A DNA stretch of 64,000 bases from an uncultured delta proteobacterium (lineage in GTDB: Bacteria > Desulfobacterota > Desulfobacteria > Desulfobacterales > Desulfatirhabdiaceae). Position 1 is the first letter of the stretch. The number at the start of each line of letters is the position of its first letter. A program made the position numbers and the translations under genes. The stretch spans positions 1 to 64,000 of the forward strand of contig CAWBKP010000025.1 in NCBI GenBank assembly GCA_963789395.1, given 5' to 3'. Positions 40,877-52,099 of the stretch are shown here, in pieces. The notes under the pieces are model-generated. The model saw nothing but the letters and a program-made list of their open reading frames with translations. It had not been told where the DNA came from and did no database searches.

Positions 40877-41684
40877 CGTCGATATGTCTCATCCTGCAGG
40901 ATACGCATTGGGGGTCGTGTACCATGACCTTGAGGTTTCTTCCGAAAACCTTCTGGTGGATATCGGCATCCAGTTCCGAGTCCGTATCGCCGTGGTAGTG
41001 AATTTCACGGTTCAGGCAGGCCACGCGATCGGCATGGGAGGTTACCACGCCGATATCGTGGGAAACCATGATCACGGATATCCGCTCGGGACTGTCTCTT
41101 AAACCGGCCAGAAGCTCGTAGAAATCCTCCTGGCCGACGCTGTCCACGCCTGTTGAGGGCTCATCCAGAACCAGAAGGCTGGGGCCGGACACCAGGGCTC
41201 TGGCAATTTGAACCCGCTGTTGCTGGCCGCCGGAAAGGACCCCGAAGGGCTTGTCGGCATGCTCGGCCATGCCGACCTGTTCCAGTTTTTCCAGAGCGAT
41301 CTTTTTGTGCTTGTTCATCAGCCGGGAAAGGAGTCCCATCTGATGGTACAGGCCCATGATCACCACATCCAGAGCGGTTACCGGAAAAGAGCGTTCCGCA
41401 TGGGATATCTGCGGCAGATACCCGACGTGCAGCCGGCTCTGCTTGCCGGGCTTTTTTCCAAACAAGCGCACCGTTCCCTTTTCGGGTCGAATCAGTCCGA
41501 GAATGACTTTCAGGAGCGTGGATTTGCCGCCGCCATTGGGGCCGACAATGCCCAGAATTTCACCTTCGTAGCATTTCAGGTAAATGGATTTGAGCACCCA
41601 TTTGCCGTCGAATCGGACCCAGACATCCGAGATGTCCACCAGGATGCCGGGTTCGGGTTTGGTCATCAATTGGCCTGTATTCAC
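40869..41684 (-). CDS. znuC: Zn/Mn ABC transporter ATP-binding protein
   Basis: GPNGGGKST, LSGGQQQR, LDEP and VSHD. Confidence 0.8.
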   Translation of the reverse strand: MNTGQLMTKPEPGILVDISDVWVRFDGKWVLKSIYLKCYEGEILGIVGPNGGGKSTLLKVILGLIRPEKGTVRLFGKKPGKQSRLHVGYLPQISHAERSFPVTALDVVIMGLYHQMGLLSRLMNKHKKIALEKLEQVGMAEHADKPFGVLSGGQQQRVQIARALVSGPSLLVLDEPSTGVDSVGQEDFYELLAGLRDSPERISVIMVSHDIGVVTSHADRVACLNREIHYHGDTDSELDADIHQKVFGRNLKVMVHDPQCVSCRMRHIDDD

Positions 41685-42631
41685 TGCATGGCCTCCTTCA
41701 TGATCTGCAGATTGTACGTCATCAAATCGATATAGGTGTTTCGTCCGGTAAGGGTTTCGCCGCCGATCGGATCCAGGATCATCACCTTTACACCGGCTTC
41801 CCTGGCGATGACGTCCGCCACCTTGAGGCTGAACTGGGGTTCTGCAAAGACCGCGCGAATGTTCCGGGCCTTGATATCGGCAACAATTCCGGCGATTTCC
41901 CGCGGTGTCGGATTTCTTCCAGGCGTTTTCTCGATTACGCCGGTCAGGATCAAACCGTATCGTGCGGCAAAATAATCCCAGGACGAATGAAATGAAATGA
42001 CCTGTTTGTTCTTGAAGCCATTTACGGTATTCGCAATTTCACGGTCCAGCGCGTCCAGCCTTTTAAGATAGGCTTTGGCCCGGATTTCATATGTCGGCGC
42101 ATGGGCCGGATCCGCGATCGAGAATGCCTCCTGTATCCGGGTTACCATGCTTTTGGCCAGGTGGGGATCCAGCCAGATATGCGGATTGCCGGCATGAAAA
42201 TCGTGGGTATGCGTGTTCTCGGCATTCGCGGCCGGTTTTGAAGCGGCTGGAGACGCTTTGAGGGACTCATCATGATGCGGATCCGCGGACCGGATCAGCG
42301 TCACGCCTTCGGACAATACAACCGGTTTCAGTTGCTGACCGGAAGATCGTAGCAGTTGATCCGCCCAGAATTCCAGTCCGGCCCCGATCATCAAAAAGAC
42401 CCTGGCCTCGCCGAATGCCTTAACCAGACTGGGTTTCATCTCAAACGTGTGAGGGCTTGCGCCCGCAGGCACGATGGTGGTGACCTCGACATCATCGCCG
42501 CCGACCTGCCGGGCCATATCGGCGATCGGAAAAATGCTGGCGACAACCTGAAGCTTTTCACCGTAGGAAAGGGAAGGGCTGCCGATAAAGACTCCCAGGA
42601 AAATCCAAACAATAAATCGATACTGCCTCAT
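41681..42631 (-). CDS. znuA: Zn/Mn ABC transporter substrate-binding protein
   Basis: SPHTFE, His-rich loop, NPHIWLDP, FHSSWDYF and LDP. Confidence 0.8.
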   Translation of the reverse strand: MRQYRFIVWIFLGVFIGSPSLSYGEKLQVVASIFPIADMARQVGGDDVEVTTIVPAGASPHTFEMKPSLVKAFGEARVFLMIGAGLEFWADQLLRSSGQQLKPVVLSEGVTLIRSADPHHDESLKASPAASKPAANAENTHTHDFHAGNPHIWLDPHLAKSMVTRIQEAFSIADPAHAPTYEIRAKAYLKRLDALDREIANTVNGFKNKQVISFHSSWDYFAARYGLILTGVIEKTPGRNPTPREIAGIVADIKARNIRAVFAEPQFSLKVADVIAREAGVKVMILDPIGGETLTGRNTYIDLMTYNLQIMKEAMQ

Positions 42632-42721
42632 TTTGGAACCTTTCTATGTAAAAATGAAATTCGGGTCCGAAGCTCGAAAATAATGAGAGCCTCTTGCAAA
42701 ACCCTGTCAAATTGTCTCTTC

Positions 42722-42791
42722 CGTCATACCGGCGAAAGCCGGTATCCAGTGAATTCATGGCTTCTGGACCCCGGTTTTCACCGGGGCGACG
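42722..42791. repeat. CGTC-tagged REP dimer, copy 1
   Basis: CGTCATACCGGCGAAAGCCGGTATCCAG ... CTGGACCCCGGTTTTCACCGGGGCGACG. Confidence 0.85.
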
Positions 42792-42914
42792 AACTGCGGT
42801 ACTTTTGCAAGCGGTTCCAATGACCAAAATATGTAAATTCGAAATCCGAATCCCGAAATCCGAAATAATGACCCAGAACACGAAAATCGGCCTTGATCAT
42901 CATCAATGCAGTAT

Positions 42915-43015
42915 TTCCCCCTTTGGAAAAGGGGGATTTAGGGGGATTTGAAAACGGGGCTTAAATTACCGCAATCATGAAATCCCCCCTGGCCCCCCTT
43001 TTTTAAAGGGGGGAA
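42915..43015. repeat. CCCCCTTT..AAAGGGGG palindromic element, full dimer
   Basis: TTCCCCCTTTGGAAAAGGGGGATTTAGGGGGATTT ... AAATCCCCCCTGGCCCCCCTTTTTTAAAGGGGGGAA. Confidence 0.8.
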
Positions 43016-43103
43016 CAGTATTCTTCACGGTGGCCGAAACGATGATCAATGCCCGAAATCTTAAAGTTGATGATTTCACAAAAAGTCAAAAATCACTCCA
43101 TCC

Positions 43104-43183
43104 CGTCATTCCGGCGAAAGCCGGAATCCAGTACGTTCAGATAGTTGCCAAATTACTGGACCCCGGTTTTCACCGGGGTGACG
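43104..43183. repeat. CGTC-tagged REP dimer, copy 2
   Basis: CGTCATTCCGGCGAAAGCCGGAATCCAG ... CTGGACCCCGGTTTTCACCGGGGTGACG, flanked by TCACAAAAAGTC / GACTTTTTGTGA. Confidence 0.85.
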
Positions 43184-43317
43184 ACTTTTTGTGAGACCAT
43201 CAATGTTCAAGACACTGAACGGATAGCTTGTGCCGTTTAGATATTTGAATTTTGAATTTGTTTCGAATTTCGATATTCGAATTTCGGATTTAGCCTGAAC
43301 GGATTTCCGCTCTTGCT

Positions 43318-43773
43318 CTAAATAAACACCCTCATCCTCCTGACAATTTCCGGTTTGGGCATGGCCCCCACAAGCGTGTCTCTCAGCCTGCCATTGTCAA
43401 AAATCAGCAGCGTCGGAATGCTCCGCGTGTCAAACCGGGAGGAAGTTATGGGGTTGGCGTCCACATTCAGTTTGCCGATCCGGAACCGCCCTTTGTACTC
43501 CATGGCAAGCTCGGTGACGATCGGCCCGACCATCGTGCAGGCGCTGCACCAGGGGGCCCAGCAATCTATCAGGACAGGCAGTGGAGACAGAAGCACTTTT
43601 TCCGCGAAATTGGCGTCCGTAATCATGATCGGCTGCTGAAGAAAAAGATCACTGGTTTTCAAGACAGCGCTGCATTTGCCGCATTTGCCCGGCTGGCCTG
43701 CATGGGCTGCCGGAATTCGGTTCCGGGTTCTGCACGATGCGCACCGGAACAGGTAATGGGTGGGGGTTGTCAT
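43318..43773 (-). CDS. Thioredoxin 2 (TrxC-like) with N-terminal zinc finger and atypical WCSAC site
   Basis: CASC..CGKC zinc finger, WAPWCSAC and SIPTL. Confidence 0.85.
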   Translation of the reverse strand: MTTPTHYLFRCASCRTRNRIPAAHAGQPGKCGKCSAVLKTSDLFLQQPIMITDANFAEKVLLSPLPVLIDCWAPWCSACTMVGPIVTELAMEYKGRFRIGKLNVDANPITSSRFDTRSIPTLLIFDNGRLRDTLVGAMPKPEIVRRMRVFI

Positions 43774-45146
43774 CAGGGCATGACTCCATATTCTTTCAGT
43801 TTTTTGTGTAGGGTTTTTCGTGTAATCCCCAGTTTTCGGGCCGCCAGACTTTTGTTGCCGTCTGCGGATGCAAGTGCGCTAAGAATCGTCGCCTTTTCCA
43901 CAGCCGTCAGCGGCATGGTTTCGGTGGAGAGTGAAGGATTCATCAAAGCGGGGGGGGGCACGGCAGGTGCGGCCGGCAGCATGGGAAGTACCTGGTCGTC
44001 CAGATAGTCGCTTCGGGACAGTACAACCCCCCTTTCAACGGAATTCATCAATTCCCGGACGTTTCCCGGCCAGTCGTACCGGACCAGATGGTCCATCGTC
44101 TGCGGGGTGAACCCCTTGATGGTTTTATGATTCAAGGTTGAAAACTTCTCCAGAAAGTGGTGCGCCAGCAGCGGAATGTCCTCTTTACGCTCGCGCAGCG
44201 GCGGCAGATGGAGGTTCACAACATTCAGCCGGTAGTATAAATCCTCCCGAAAACGTCCCGATGTTGTCAGGGCCAGAAGATCCTTGTTGGTGGCGACAAT
44301 CAGACGCACATCCACGGCCAGTACCTGCTCACCGCCCACACGGGTAATTTCCCGTTCCTGAAGCACACGAAGCAGTTTGACCTGCATCATCAAGGACATT
44401 TCGCTGACCTCATCCAGAAAGAGGCTGCCCCCGCTGGCCTGCACGAATTTACCTTCTTTTCTGCGTTCCGCGCCGGTGAAGGCCCCTTTTTCATGCCCGA
44501 AAAGCTCCGATTCCAGCAGGGTTTCAGTAATGGCCGCACAGTTGATTTTGATGAAGGGGCCGGCTTTCCGGTGGCTGTTAAAATGAATGGCTCCGGCAAT
44601 CAGTTCTTTTCCGGTTCCGGATTCACCATGAATCAGAATGGTTGCCTCGGACGGTGCTACCTGGGCAACCGTTTCCAGAAGCATTTCCATTTTTCGGCCC
44701 TGTCCGATGATCTGCCGCCGGTCAAATTGCTGATCCAGGTGTTGCCTGAGCATGCGATTTTCTTCCCGCAGCAGGATGTGCTCCATGGCCCGTTCAATGG
44801 TGATTTTCAGTTTGTCGAAATCAAGGGGCTTGGTCAGATAATCATAAGCGCCGGCTTTCAGGGCTGAAACCGCGGATTCAATGGAGGAATAGGCGGTCAT
44901 GATAATCACCGGTATGGCCGGATTGATGGCCTTGATGCGGCCCAGCGCTTCCAGACCGGAGACTTTGAGCATGCGCACATCCATCAGGATCAGATCAAAC
45001 GGCCTTTCTTGAACAGTTGCTATGGCAACAGCGCCATCGTCGGCTTCAACGATTTCATATCCCCAACCGCCGATCAGCGTGCGCAGCATGGTCCGGTGCG
45101 CGGTATCATCATCAACGACAAGGATGGAACAGGATTTTTTTTTCAT
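43773..45146 (-). CDS. Sigma54-dependent response regulator (ZraR/NtrC-like)
   Basis: Receiver domain, GESGTGKE, GAFTGA, FREDLYYRL, WPGNVREL and a Fis-type HTH. Confidence 0.92.
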   Translation of the reverse strand: MKKKSCSILVVDDDTAHRTMLRTLIGGWGYEIVEADDGAVAIATVQERPFDLILMDVRMLKVSGLEALGRIKAINPAIPVIIMTAYSSIESAVSALKAGAYDYLTKPLDFDKLKITIERAMEHILLREENRMLRQHLDQQFDRRQIIGQGRKMEMLLETVAQVAPSEATILIHGESGTGKELIAGAIHFNSHRKAGPFIKINCAAITETLLESELFGHEKGAFTGAERRKEGKFVQASGGSLFLDEVSEMSLMMQVKLLRVLQEREITRVGGEQVLAVDVRLIVATNKDLLALTTSGRFREDLYYRLNVVNLHLPPLRERKEDIPLLAHHFLEKFSTLNHKTIKGFTPQTMDHLVRYDWPGNVRELMNSVERGVVLSRSDYLDDQVLPMLPAAPAVPPPALMNPSLSTETMPLTAVEKATILSALASADGNKSLAARKLGITRKTLHKKLKEYGVMP

Positions 45147-46910
45147 GGGTGCGTGTTCTCACAGGGAAGTCGGATTGTTACCGTGGTGCCTTTGCCCGCC
45201 AGGCTTTCTACTTTGATGTCGCCGTTATGCGCCTCCACGATGTTATGGACGATGGCCAGTCCCATACCGGTTCCCGAGGTTTTGGTGGTAAAGTAGAGAT
45301 CAAAAATCTGCGAAAGATCGGTTTCGGAAATACCGGACCCGGTGTCCGAGATCTGAAGGACCAGGCGATCCTGATCGAGCGTGGCGCTGATCACGATCCT
45401 GCCGCCGCCGGTCATGGCGTCCGCGGCGTTCAGCAACAGATTCAGCAGTACCTGACTCATCTGGTCCGGATCCATGGGAATCGGGGGCAGTTCCGGTTGA
45501 ATGTGCGTCTCGATATCGATTTGATGGTCAGCGGATTGCCGCTGCATCAGCTTCAGCGTTTTTTCAATGAGTGCTGAAATAGGGACCGGCTGTCTGGTGA
45601 TGGATACCGGCTTTGCGAACGTCAGAAGCTGGCTGACCACACGGTTCAACCGGTCCACTTCCTGGATCATGATCGATGATACTTCCTGGTCTTCGGATAT
45701 GTGCGGGTACCGCTCCTTGAAATAGGTGGCGAAACCCTTTATCGAACTTAACGGGTTGCGGATTTCATGTGCAACACCGGCCGCAAGGCTGCCGATGGAT
45801 GCCAGCCGCTGGGATCTGGCCAGCGCTTTTTGAAGGGCCTGAACCTCCCGAAGGTCCTTGAACAAGAGAACGTATCCGAGAAAGGCGCCGGTTTCATCCT
45901 GGAGCTTCGCTGCGCTGACCTGAAGCGGAAGGCGTGTTTTCTCCGCGATGTGGCACACGATTTCCTTTTCAACCGCCTGGGTTTCGATATCCGGATGTGA
46001 AATCAGCTCCAAAAACATCCGGGGCAGCACCTCGGATGCTTTTTTCCCGGATGCCTGGCCTGCCGACAGGTTCAGAACCCGGTCCGCTACCTGATTAAAG
46101 GAGGTGATGACCAGAGACGTATCCAGGGCGATCAATCCGATGGGCATGTTTTCAACCAGGGTGTCGGAAAATGCCTTGATTCTGGAAAGCGACGCCCGGG
46201 TCATGCGGAAATTCTGGGCCAGAAACAGCATCATCACGCCGGCAAAACCGATGAAGAGCAGAATCGTTCCCATGACCACCGTATGCATGGCATCGGCATG
46301 CCGGGCCTCTTCAATGGAATCCATGTCCAGGCCGATAAATATAATTCGGGACGGGACCTGGTCCTTCAGCCGGAATCGGCAATAAAGCGGACAGCGGGTT
46401 GGGAGAATCCCCTTTTGTGCGACTCCGACGGAAACCCTGCGGCGGCCGGGTCGGGGTAAATCTGCGATAAAATTCAAATGTCTTTTTCCCGTTATTTTCG
46501 GGAATGATCCGCCAGAAACTTTCCGGTGACCCGGAAATGGCTTCCAGGTTCAAACCCTTTCCATAGGTATTTCCGATCTGCTCCGGATCACTGCTGGCCA
46601 TGATCATTCCGCCGGCATCCGTGACAATCAAATGGGCGATGTCCGGCTGCTGGGCGGTTTCTATCAGCAGTTTCTGAAGCTGAAACCCTTCCCATCGCCC
46701 CGCCATTCCGGTTCGGGTTCCGGCCTCAAACGAGCGGATCAGGGCAGCGGCTTTTTCTTTCAGCAGCCTTTCGGAGTTCTCCTTCTGCCGGTTGATGTTT
46801 TCAATCGTCATGAACGAGAAAATGGGCACCAGAACCAGCACTGCGCCGATCAGCACCCAGGGCGGGATGGCGGTCCAGAAACGATTTGATAGCAGATTGC
46901 CGGATGTCAT
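45143..46910 (-). CDS. PAS sensor histidine kinase (ZraS-like), frameshifted near 46380-46450
   Basis: ALIRSFEAGTRTG N-terminus. GVAHEIRNPLSSIKGFA, NLLLNA and DTGSGI. Confidence 0.85.
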
Positions 46911-46914
46911 TGTT

Positions 46915-47526
46915 TCACGAATAAAATGCGCTCAGATCCCCGGCTCCCTTGCGGATGATTTCAGGCGTATCGTCGATCAGCGATATGACACTTGACGGAT
47001 TTCCCGATACGGCGCCCGCATCTATCACCAGATCCAGCCGGGCTCCAAAATGCTCATGAATCAGGGACGGATGATCAAAGACAGCGCCGTCCGGAGCTGT
47101 CGCACTGGTAGAGATAATGGGATTGCCCAGCGCTTTGACCAGGGCGATACAGATCGGATGATCCGGCACGCGAATCCCTGCGGTTTTTCGTTTGGTCAGC
47201 ATGATTTTCGGAACCAGTTTCGATCCTTCCAGAATAAATGTATAGGGCCCGGGAAGATGGCGCTTGATGGTTTTATACCCGTAATTGGTTACCTTGGCGT
47301 AATCGCTGATATCTTTCAGATCCGAGCAGATGAAGCTGAAGGGCTTGGATGAATCCCGCTGCTTGATCTGATAAATTCTCTGAATGGCCTTTTTATTCAT
47401 GATATCGCAGCCGATGCCGTAAAACGTATCTGTCGGATAGGCGATGATGCCCCCGTCTTTCAGAATATCCGCTACTTTGGCGATGAGCCGCGGCTGCGGC
47501 GTTGTGGGATTGATACTGATCAGCAT
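46915..47526 (-). CDS. Sua5/YciO/YrdC-family threonylcarbamoyl-AMP synthase-like protein
   Basis: YPTDTFYG, PGPYTFIL, GIRVPD and STSA. Confidence 0.9.
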   Translation of the reverse strand: MLISINPTTPQPRLIAKVADILKDGGIIAYPTDTFYGIGCDIMNKKAIQRIYQIKQRDSSKPFSFICSDLKDISDYAKVTNYGYKTIKRHLPGPYTFILEGSKLVPKIMLTKRKTAGIRVPDHPICIALVKALGNPIISTSATAPDGAVFDHPSLIHEHFGARLDLVIDAGAVSGNPSSVISLIDDTPEIIRKGAGDLSAFYS

Positions 47527-47883
47527 GGTTTCATCCAGGAAAAAGATCAACCCAATAAAAGTTACAAGATAAGGATAAATGGATTGCAGAGAAAATATGA
47601 AGCGACTATCGCATAATCTATCCGAAACTTTAATATAGTACTATACCCATGATCAAATGACAACGGAATATGTATTGCCAATAAGACAAAACGATACGAT
47701 GCAATCATGATGGATTTAGAGTGGCGTTAGGGTCATTCTTGACTTTGAGCCGCTTTTATGAGCATTATACAATCAAGTATCGAATGTGGAACCAGCAAAA
47801 TTCGGTCGTTTTTTCATGACTTTGTTTTTTTCGAAGGACTTTGTGAACAAATCTGTTTTTACTAAAAATCTTCAGGAACGCTC

Positions 47884-50436
47884 ATGACACAATTTCAAAC
47901 GCTGTATGTTTTTCCCACCATCCCCGAACCCTTGCTGTTTCTGGATCAATTGTCACGAAACCTCTGGTGGAGCTGGCAGCGGGATGCGGTTGAACTGTTT
48001 CGCCGCATTGATCCCCAGCTCTGGCGGGAAGCCAATGGGAACCCGCTTTATTTTTCGACACTGGTGCCTCAGGAGCGTCTTCAGGAGCTTTCTCTGGATG
48101 AAAGTTTTCTGGCCCATCAAGCGCGGGTCAAGGCGCGGTTTGAGTCCATGCTTCAGGCGCCGATGAATTCGTCTTCGTCAGTTTTCGGCGACAAGGGGAC
48201 GGTTGCTTATTTTTCAATGGAATTCGGCATTCATGAAAGTCTGCCGCTGTTCGCAGGGGGGCTGGGCGTTCTGGCCGGAGACCATTTAAAATCCGCGTCG
48301 GACATGCGGGTGCCGCTGACCGGAGTCGGTCTTTACTACCGGCAGGGGTATTTTCATCAATATCTGGATTATGACGGATTTCAGCAGGAAGCCTATCCCA
48401 GAACCGATATGTATTCCATTCCCCTGGAGCGCGCCCTGGATCCGGAAGGAAATGAGGTTCAAATATCGGTGTCCGGTCCGGACGGAGAAATTCGTGCCAT
48501 GGTGTGGAAACTGAATATCGGCAGAATTCCGCTCTATCTTCTGGATACCAATATTCGGGATAATCCTCCCGAAATCAGAGACATTACCTCGAGTCTGTAT
48601 ACCGGAGACCAGAAAAAACGCCTGGCCCAGGAAATGCTTCTGGGAATAGGCGGCATGCGGGCACTGACCGCATTGGGAATTTTTCCGACCGTGTGCCACA
48701 TGAATGAAGGTCACTGTTCTTTTGCAAGCCTGGAGCGACTGTCCCTGTTTATGACCCGGCTGAATGTCGACATTAAAATCGCTCTGGAAATCGTGCCCCG
48801 AACAACCGTTTTTACCACCCATACGCCGGTTGCGGCCGGCCATGACGAATTCCCGCCGTTTCTGGTAAAGCCGTATCTCATCCCCTTGCAGGAACGTCTT
48901 CAGACGTCCGCCGAAGACATGCTTGCCTGGGGTCAGCCCATTACGGCTTCATCCGATCAACCGTTTTCCATGTTTGTTCTGGGCCAGCGACTGGCACAGT
49001 ATTGCAACGGCGTGAGCAATCTGCACGGAAAAGTCGCCCGGCGCATGTGGATGCATATCTGGCCGGGGATTCCGGAAGGCGAGATCCCGATCACGCATGT
49101 CACCAACGGCGTCCATATCCCTACCTGGATATCCCATGAAAACGCCCTTCTGTTTGAACGCTATATCGGTCCGGACTGGCACATGGATATCAGGAATCCG
49201 GAAAACCTCAAGCGGTTCGATCAAATTTATGATGAAGAGCTCTGGCGGGCCCATGACATGAACCGCTCCAGGCTCATCCGCACCTGCCGGGAGATGATGA
49301 TCTCTCAGTATCAGCGCCGCCACGCGCCCATGGCCAGAATGAAGGATGCCGAATCGGTGCTGGAGCAGGATGTCCTGACCATTGCATTCGCCAGGCGTTT
49401 TGCCTCTTACAAACGAGCTTACCTGATTCTTCAGGAACCCGAGCGTTTTGAAGACATTCTGAATTCCAAAACGCATCCCGTGCAGTTTATTTTTTCCGGA
49501 AAGGCCCATCCCCGTGATACCGAAGGCAAGGATCTGATCAAGCGTCTGATTCAATTTTCCCGTAGACCCAGTGTGCGGCACCGGATCGTTTTTCTGGAAG
49601 ATTATGACATCCATATTGCCCGGCATCTGGTTCAGGGTGCGGATGTCTGGCTCAATACGCCGCGAAGACCGTTTGAAGCCTGCGGCACGTCCGGCATCAA
49701 GGCGGCCATTAACGGCGTTCTCAACGTCAGTATTTTGGACGGCTGGTGGGATGAAGGCTATTCCGAAGACTGCGGCTGGCAGATTGGAAACCGTATCGAT
49801 CATACGGACTCCGGTTATCAGGATCTGCTGGACAGCCGGTCCCTTTACAATGTTCTGGAAAATGAAGTCATCCCCTGTTTTTACGAAAGAAGCAAGGGTG
49901 GCATTCCGGTAACGTGGATCCGAATGATGAAGGCATCCATGAAAATGGCCATGCGGCAGTTCAGCAGCCAGCGGATGGTCGGCGACTACCAGGAGAAATT
50001 TTACCACCCGGGCGCCTATCGATCCCAGGAACTGCTGTATAATCAAGCTGATGAGTCCAGGCAGCTGGCGGCCCAGCATCTCAGGCTGATGCAGAACTGG
50101 AAACAGATTCACCTCATGCCGCCGGTTGTCGTGAACCCCAAAAAATTTTATCGGATCGGTGATGCCTTCAGCGTAACGGTGGCGGTTCATCTGGGGATGC
50201 TTGATCCCCGTGAAGTGGACGTGGAGCTGTGTGTGGGAACCCAAAAAACGGTCGATGCGCTTGAAGATATTCAGACGGAAATCATGACCGTCAGCGAAGA
50301 GCTTGGATACAATCACTACATGTATTCCTGCACCACAATCTGTAAAGTCTCCGGACAGTTTGCCTTTACGGCAAGGGTGATGCCGCGGGGAGACAACTGG
50401 GTGAAATATACCCCCGGGCTGATTACCTGGGCCTAA
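47884..50436 (+). CDS. glgP: Alpha-glucan (glycogen) phosphorylase
   Basis: YFSMEFG, GGLGVLAGD, HMNEGH, ARRFASYKR and EACGTSGIK. Confidence 0.95.
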   Translation: MTQFQTLYVFPTIPEPLLFLDQLSRNLWWSWQRDAVELFRRIDPQLWREANGNPLYFSTLVPQERLQELSLDESFLAHQARVKARFESMLQAPMNSSSSVFGDKGTVAYFSMEFGIHESLPLFAGGLGVLAGDHLKSASDMRVPLTGVGLYYRQGYFHQYLDYDGFQQEAYPRTDMYSIPLERALDPEGNEVQISVSGPDGEIRAMVWKLNIGRIPLYLLDTNIRDNPPEIRDITSSLYTGDQKKRLAQEMLLGIGGMRALTALGIFPTVCHMNEGHCSFASLERLSLFMTRLNVDIKIALEIVPRTTVFTTHTPVAAGHDEFPPFLVKPYLIPLQERLQTSAEDMLAWGQPITASSDQPFSMFVLGQRLAQYCNGVSNLHGKVARRMWMHIWPGIPEGEIPITHVTNGVHIPTWISHENALLFERYIGPDWHMDIRNPENLKRFDQIYDEELWRAHDMNRSRLIRTCREMMISQYQRRHAPMARMKDAESVLEQDVLTIAFARRFASYKRAYLILQEPERFEDILNSKTHPVQFIFSGKAHPRDTEGKDLIKRLIQFSRRPSVRHRIVFLEDYDIHIARHLVQGADVWLNTPRRPFEACGTSGIKAAINGVLNVSILDGWWDEGYSEDCGWQIGNRIDHTDSGYQDLLDSRSLYNVLENEVIPCFYERSKGGIPVTWIRMMKASMKMAMRQFSSQRMVGDYQEKFYHPGAYRSQELLYNQADESRQLAAQHLRLMQNWKQIHLMPPVVVNPKKFYRIGDAFSVTVAVHLGMLDPREVDVELCVGTQKTVDALEDIQTEIMTVSEELGYNHYMYSCTTICKVSGQFAFTARVMPRGDNWVKYTPGLITWA

Positions 50437-50454
50437 GGAAACAAGGATTTTATC

Positions 50455-51962
50455 ATGGCATTATCTCGAAACCCCCGCATTTTGATTGTGACCCCGGAAG
50501 TCACCTATCTGCCCAACCGTATGGGAAGCCTGGCCAGTTATCTGACGGCCAAAGCCGGCGGTCTCGCCGATGTCTCGGCGGCGCTGGTGACTGCGCTGTT
50601 TGACCAGGGCGCCGATGTTCATGTGGCTATGCCGGATTATCGGGCGATTTTCAGCGGACAGATGGCGCCTTTTTTGTCCAAGGAGCTTCAGGCCATTCAG
50701 AACAAAATGCCGGAAGAACGGATCCATCTCGCGGAAGACCGGGCGTTTTTTTACAAAAACCGGGTCTATTCGGATTACTGGCTGGAAAACATTAAAATGT
50801 CGCTGGCTTTTCAGCGGGAAGTCATCAACAACATCGTTCCCAGGGTTCAGCCCGATCTGATTCACTGCAACGACTGGATGACCGGGTTGATACCTGCCAT
50901 GTCCCGGAGAATGGGGATTCCCTGTCTGTTTACCATTCACAACATTCATACCATGAAAACCTATCTGTGGCAGATTGAAGACCGGGGAATCGATGCCGCC
51001 TATTTCTGGCAGCATCTGTATTATGACCGCATGGCTGTCGAATATGAGGAAAGCCGGGATTCAAATGCCGTGGATTTTCTGACCAGCGGCATTTTTGCAG
51101 CGCACTTTGTCAATACCGTGAGTCCCACTTTTTTAATGGAAGTCGTTGAAGGCCGGCACGGTTTTATCGAAAGATCCATCCAGCAGGAGATGGCCAACAA
51201 ATGGCATGCAGGATGCGCGGCAGGTATCCTGAATGCGCCGGATCCGGCGTTTAGTCCCTTGCATGATAAATATCTGACGGCAACCTTTGGTCCGGATGAT
51301 CACGCTGCGGGAAAAAAACAAACAAGCTGGCCCTTCAAAAACTTCTGGGATTGATCCAGGATGAGAACGCACCGGTGTTTTTCTGGCCATCGCGTCTGGA
51401 CAGCATTCAAAAAGGGTCGCAGCTGCTGGCGGATATTCTCTATTCGGTCATTTCCAGGTACTGGCAGAGCAATCTGGAGGTTATTTTTGTCGCCAACGGA
51501 GAATATCAGCAGCATTTTAAAGACATTGCCCTGCACCACGGCATCCAGAACCGGATTGCTGTCTGCGATTTCAGTGAAGACCTTGAGCACCTGGCTTACG
51601 GGGCCTCGAATTTCATCCTGATGCCGTCGCTGTTTGAACCCTGCGGGCTGCCGCAGATGATCGCGCCGATCTATGGGTCTCTGCCCGTTGTCCATGACAC
51701 GGGCGGCATTCATGATACGATCAGCCATCTGGATGCATTAAAACATGCCGGAAACGGCTTTTTGTTCAAAAATCATGATGCAGCCGGTCTATCCTGGGCC
51801 ATCGACCAGGCCATGGCGTTTTATCAGCTTCCCGAGAAAAGCAAACAGTTCGAGATCCGGCGCATCATGAAAGACAGCACCGCCCGGTTCAACCATTCGG
51901 TAACCGCAAAGCAGTATATCGATCTGTATGAAAAGATGCTTCAGAGGCCGCTTATCAATTAG
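50455..51962 (+). CDS. glgA: Glycogen/starch synthase (frameshift near 51320)
   Basis: KAGGLADV, HCNDW, TIHN, QKG, EPCGL and TGG. Confidence 0.85.
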
Positions 51963-52044
51963 TTTCTGAACGGAGAACTTAAAAAATAAAAAATCGAAAC
52001 AATGTAAAATTCAATTCAAATCCCGACTTTTACCGTGGAAAAAG

Positions 52045-52066
52045 TTCCCCCTTTTTCAAAGGGGGA
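52045..52066. repeat. Single CCCCCTTT..AAAGGGGG hairpin
   Basis: TCCCCCTTT-TTC-AAAGGGGGA. Half unit of the family at 1160 and 42915. Confidence 0.6.
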
Positions 52067-52099
52067 TGGTATTATTTTTTATAAATGGAGAAGTGACAG

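Larger units (their letters stand above)
42835..43291. repeat. Inverted pair of 7-bp-period TTCGAAA/TTCGAAT repeats enclosing two other repeat elements
   Basis: Left arm 42835-42870, right arm 43243-43291. Confidence 0.75.

Noticed and set aside
48949..50316. 455-aa minus-strand ORF
   Set aside because: It lies entirely antisense to the well-supported glgP.
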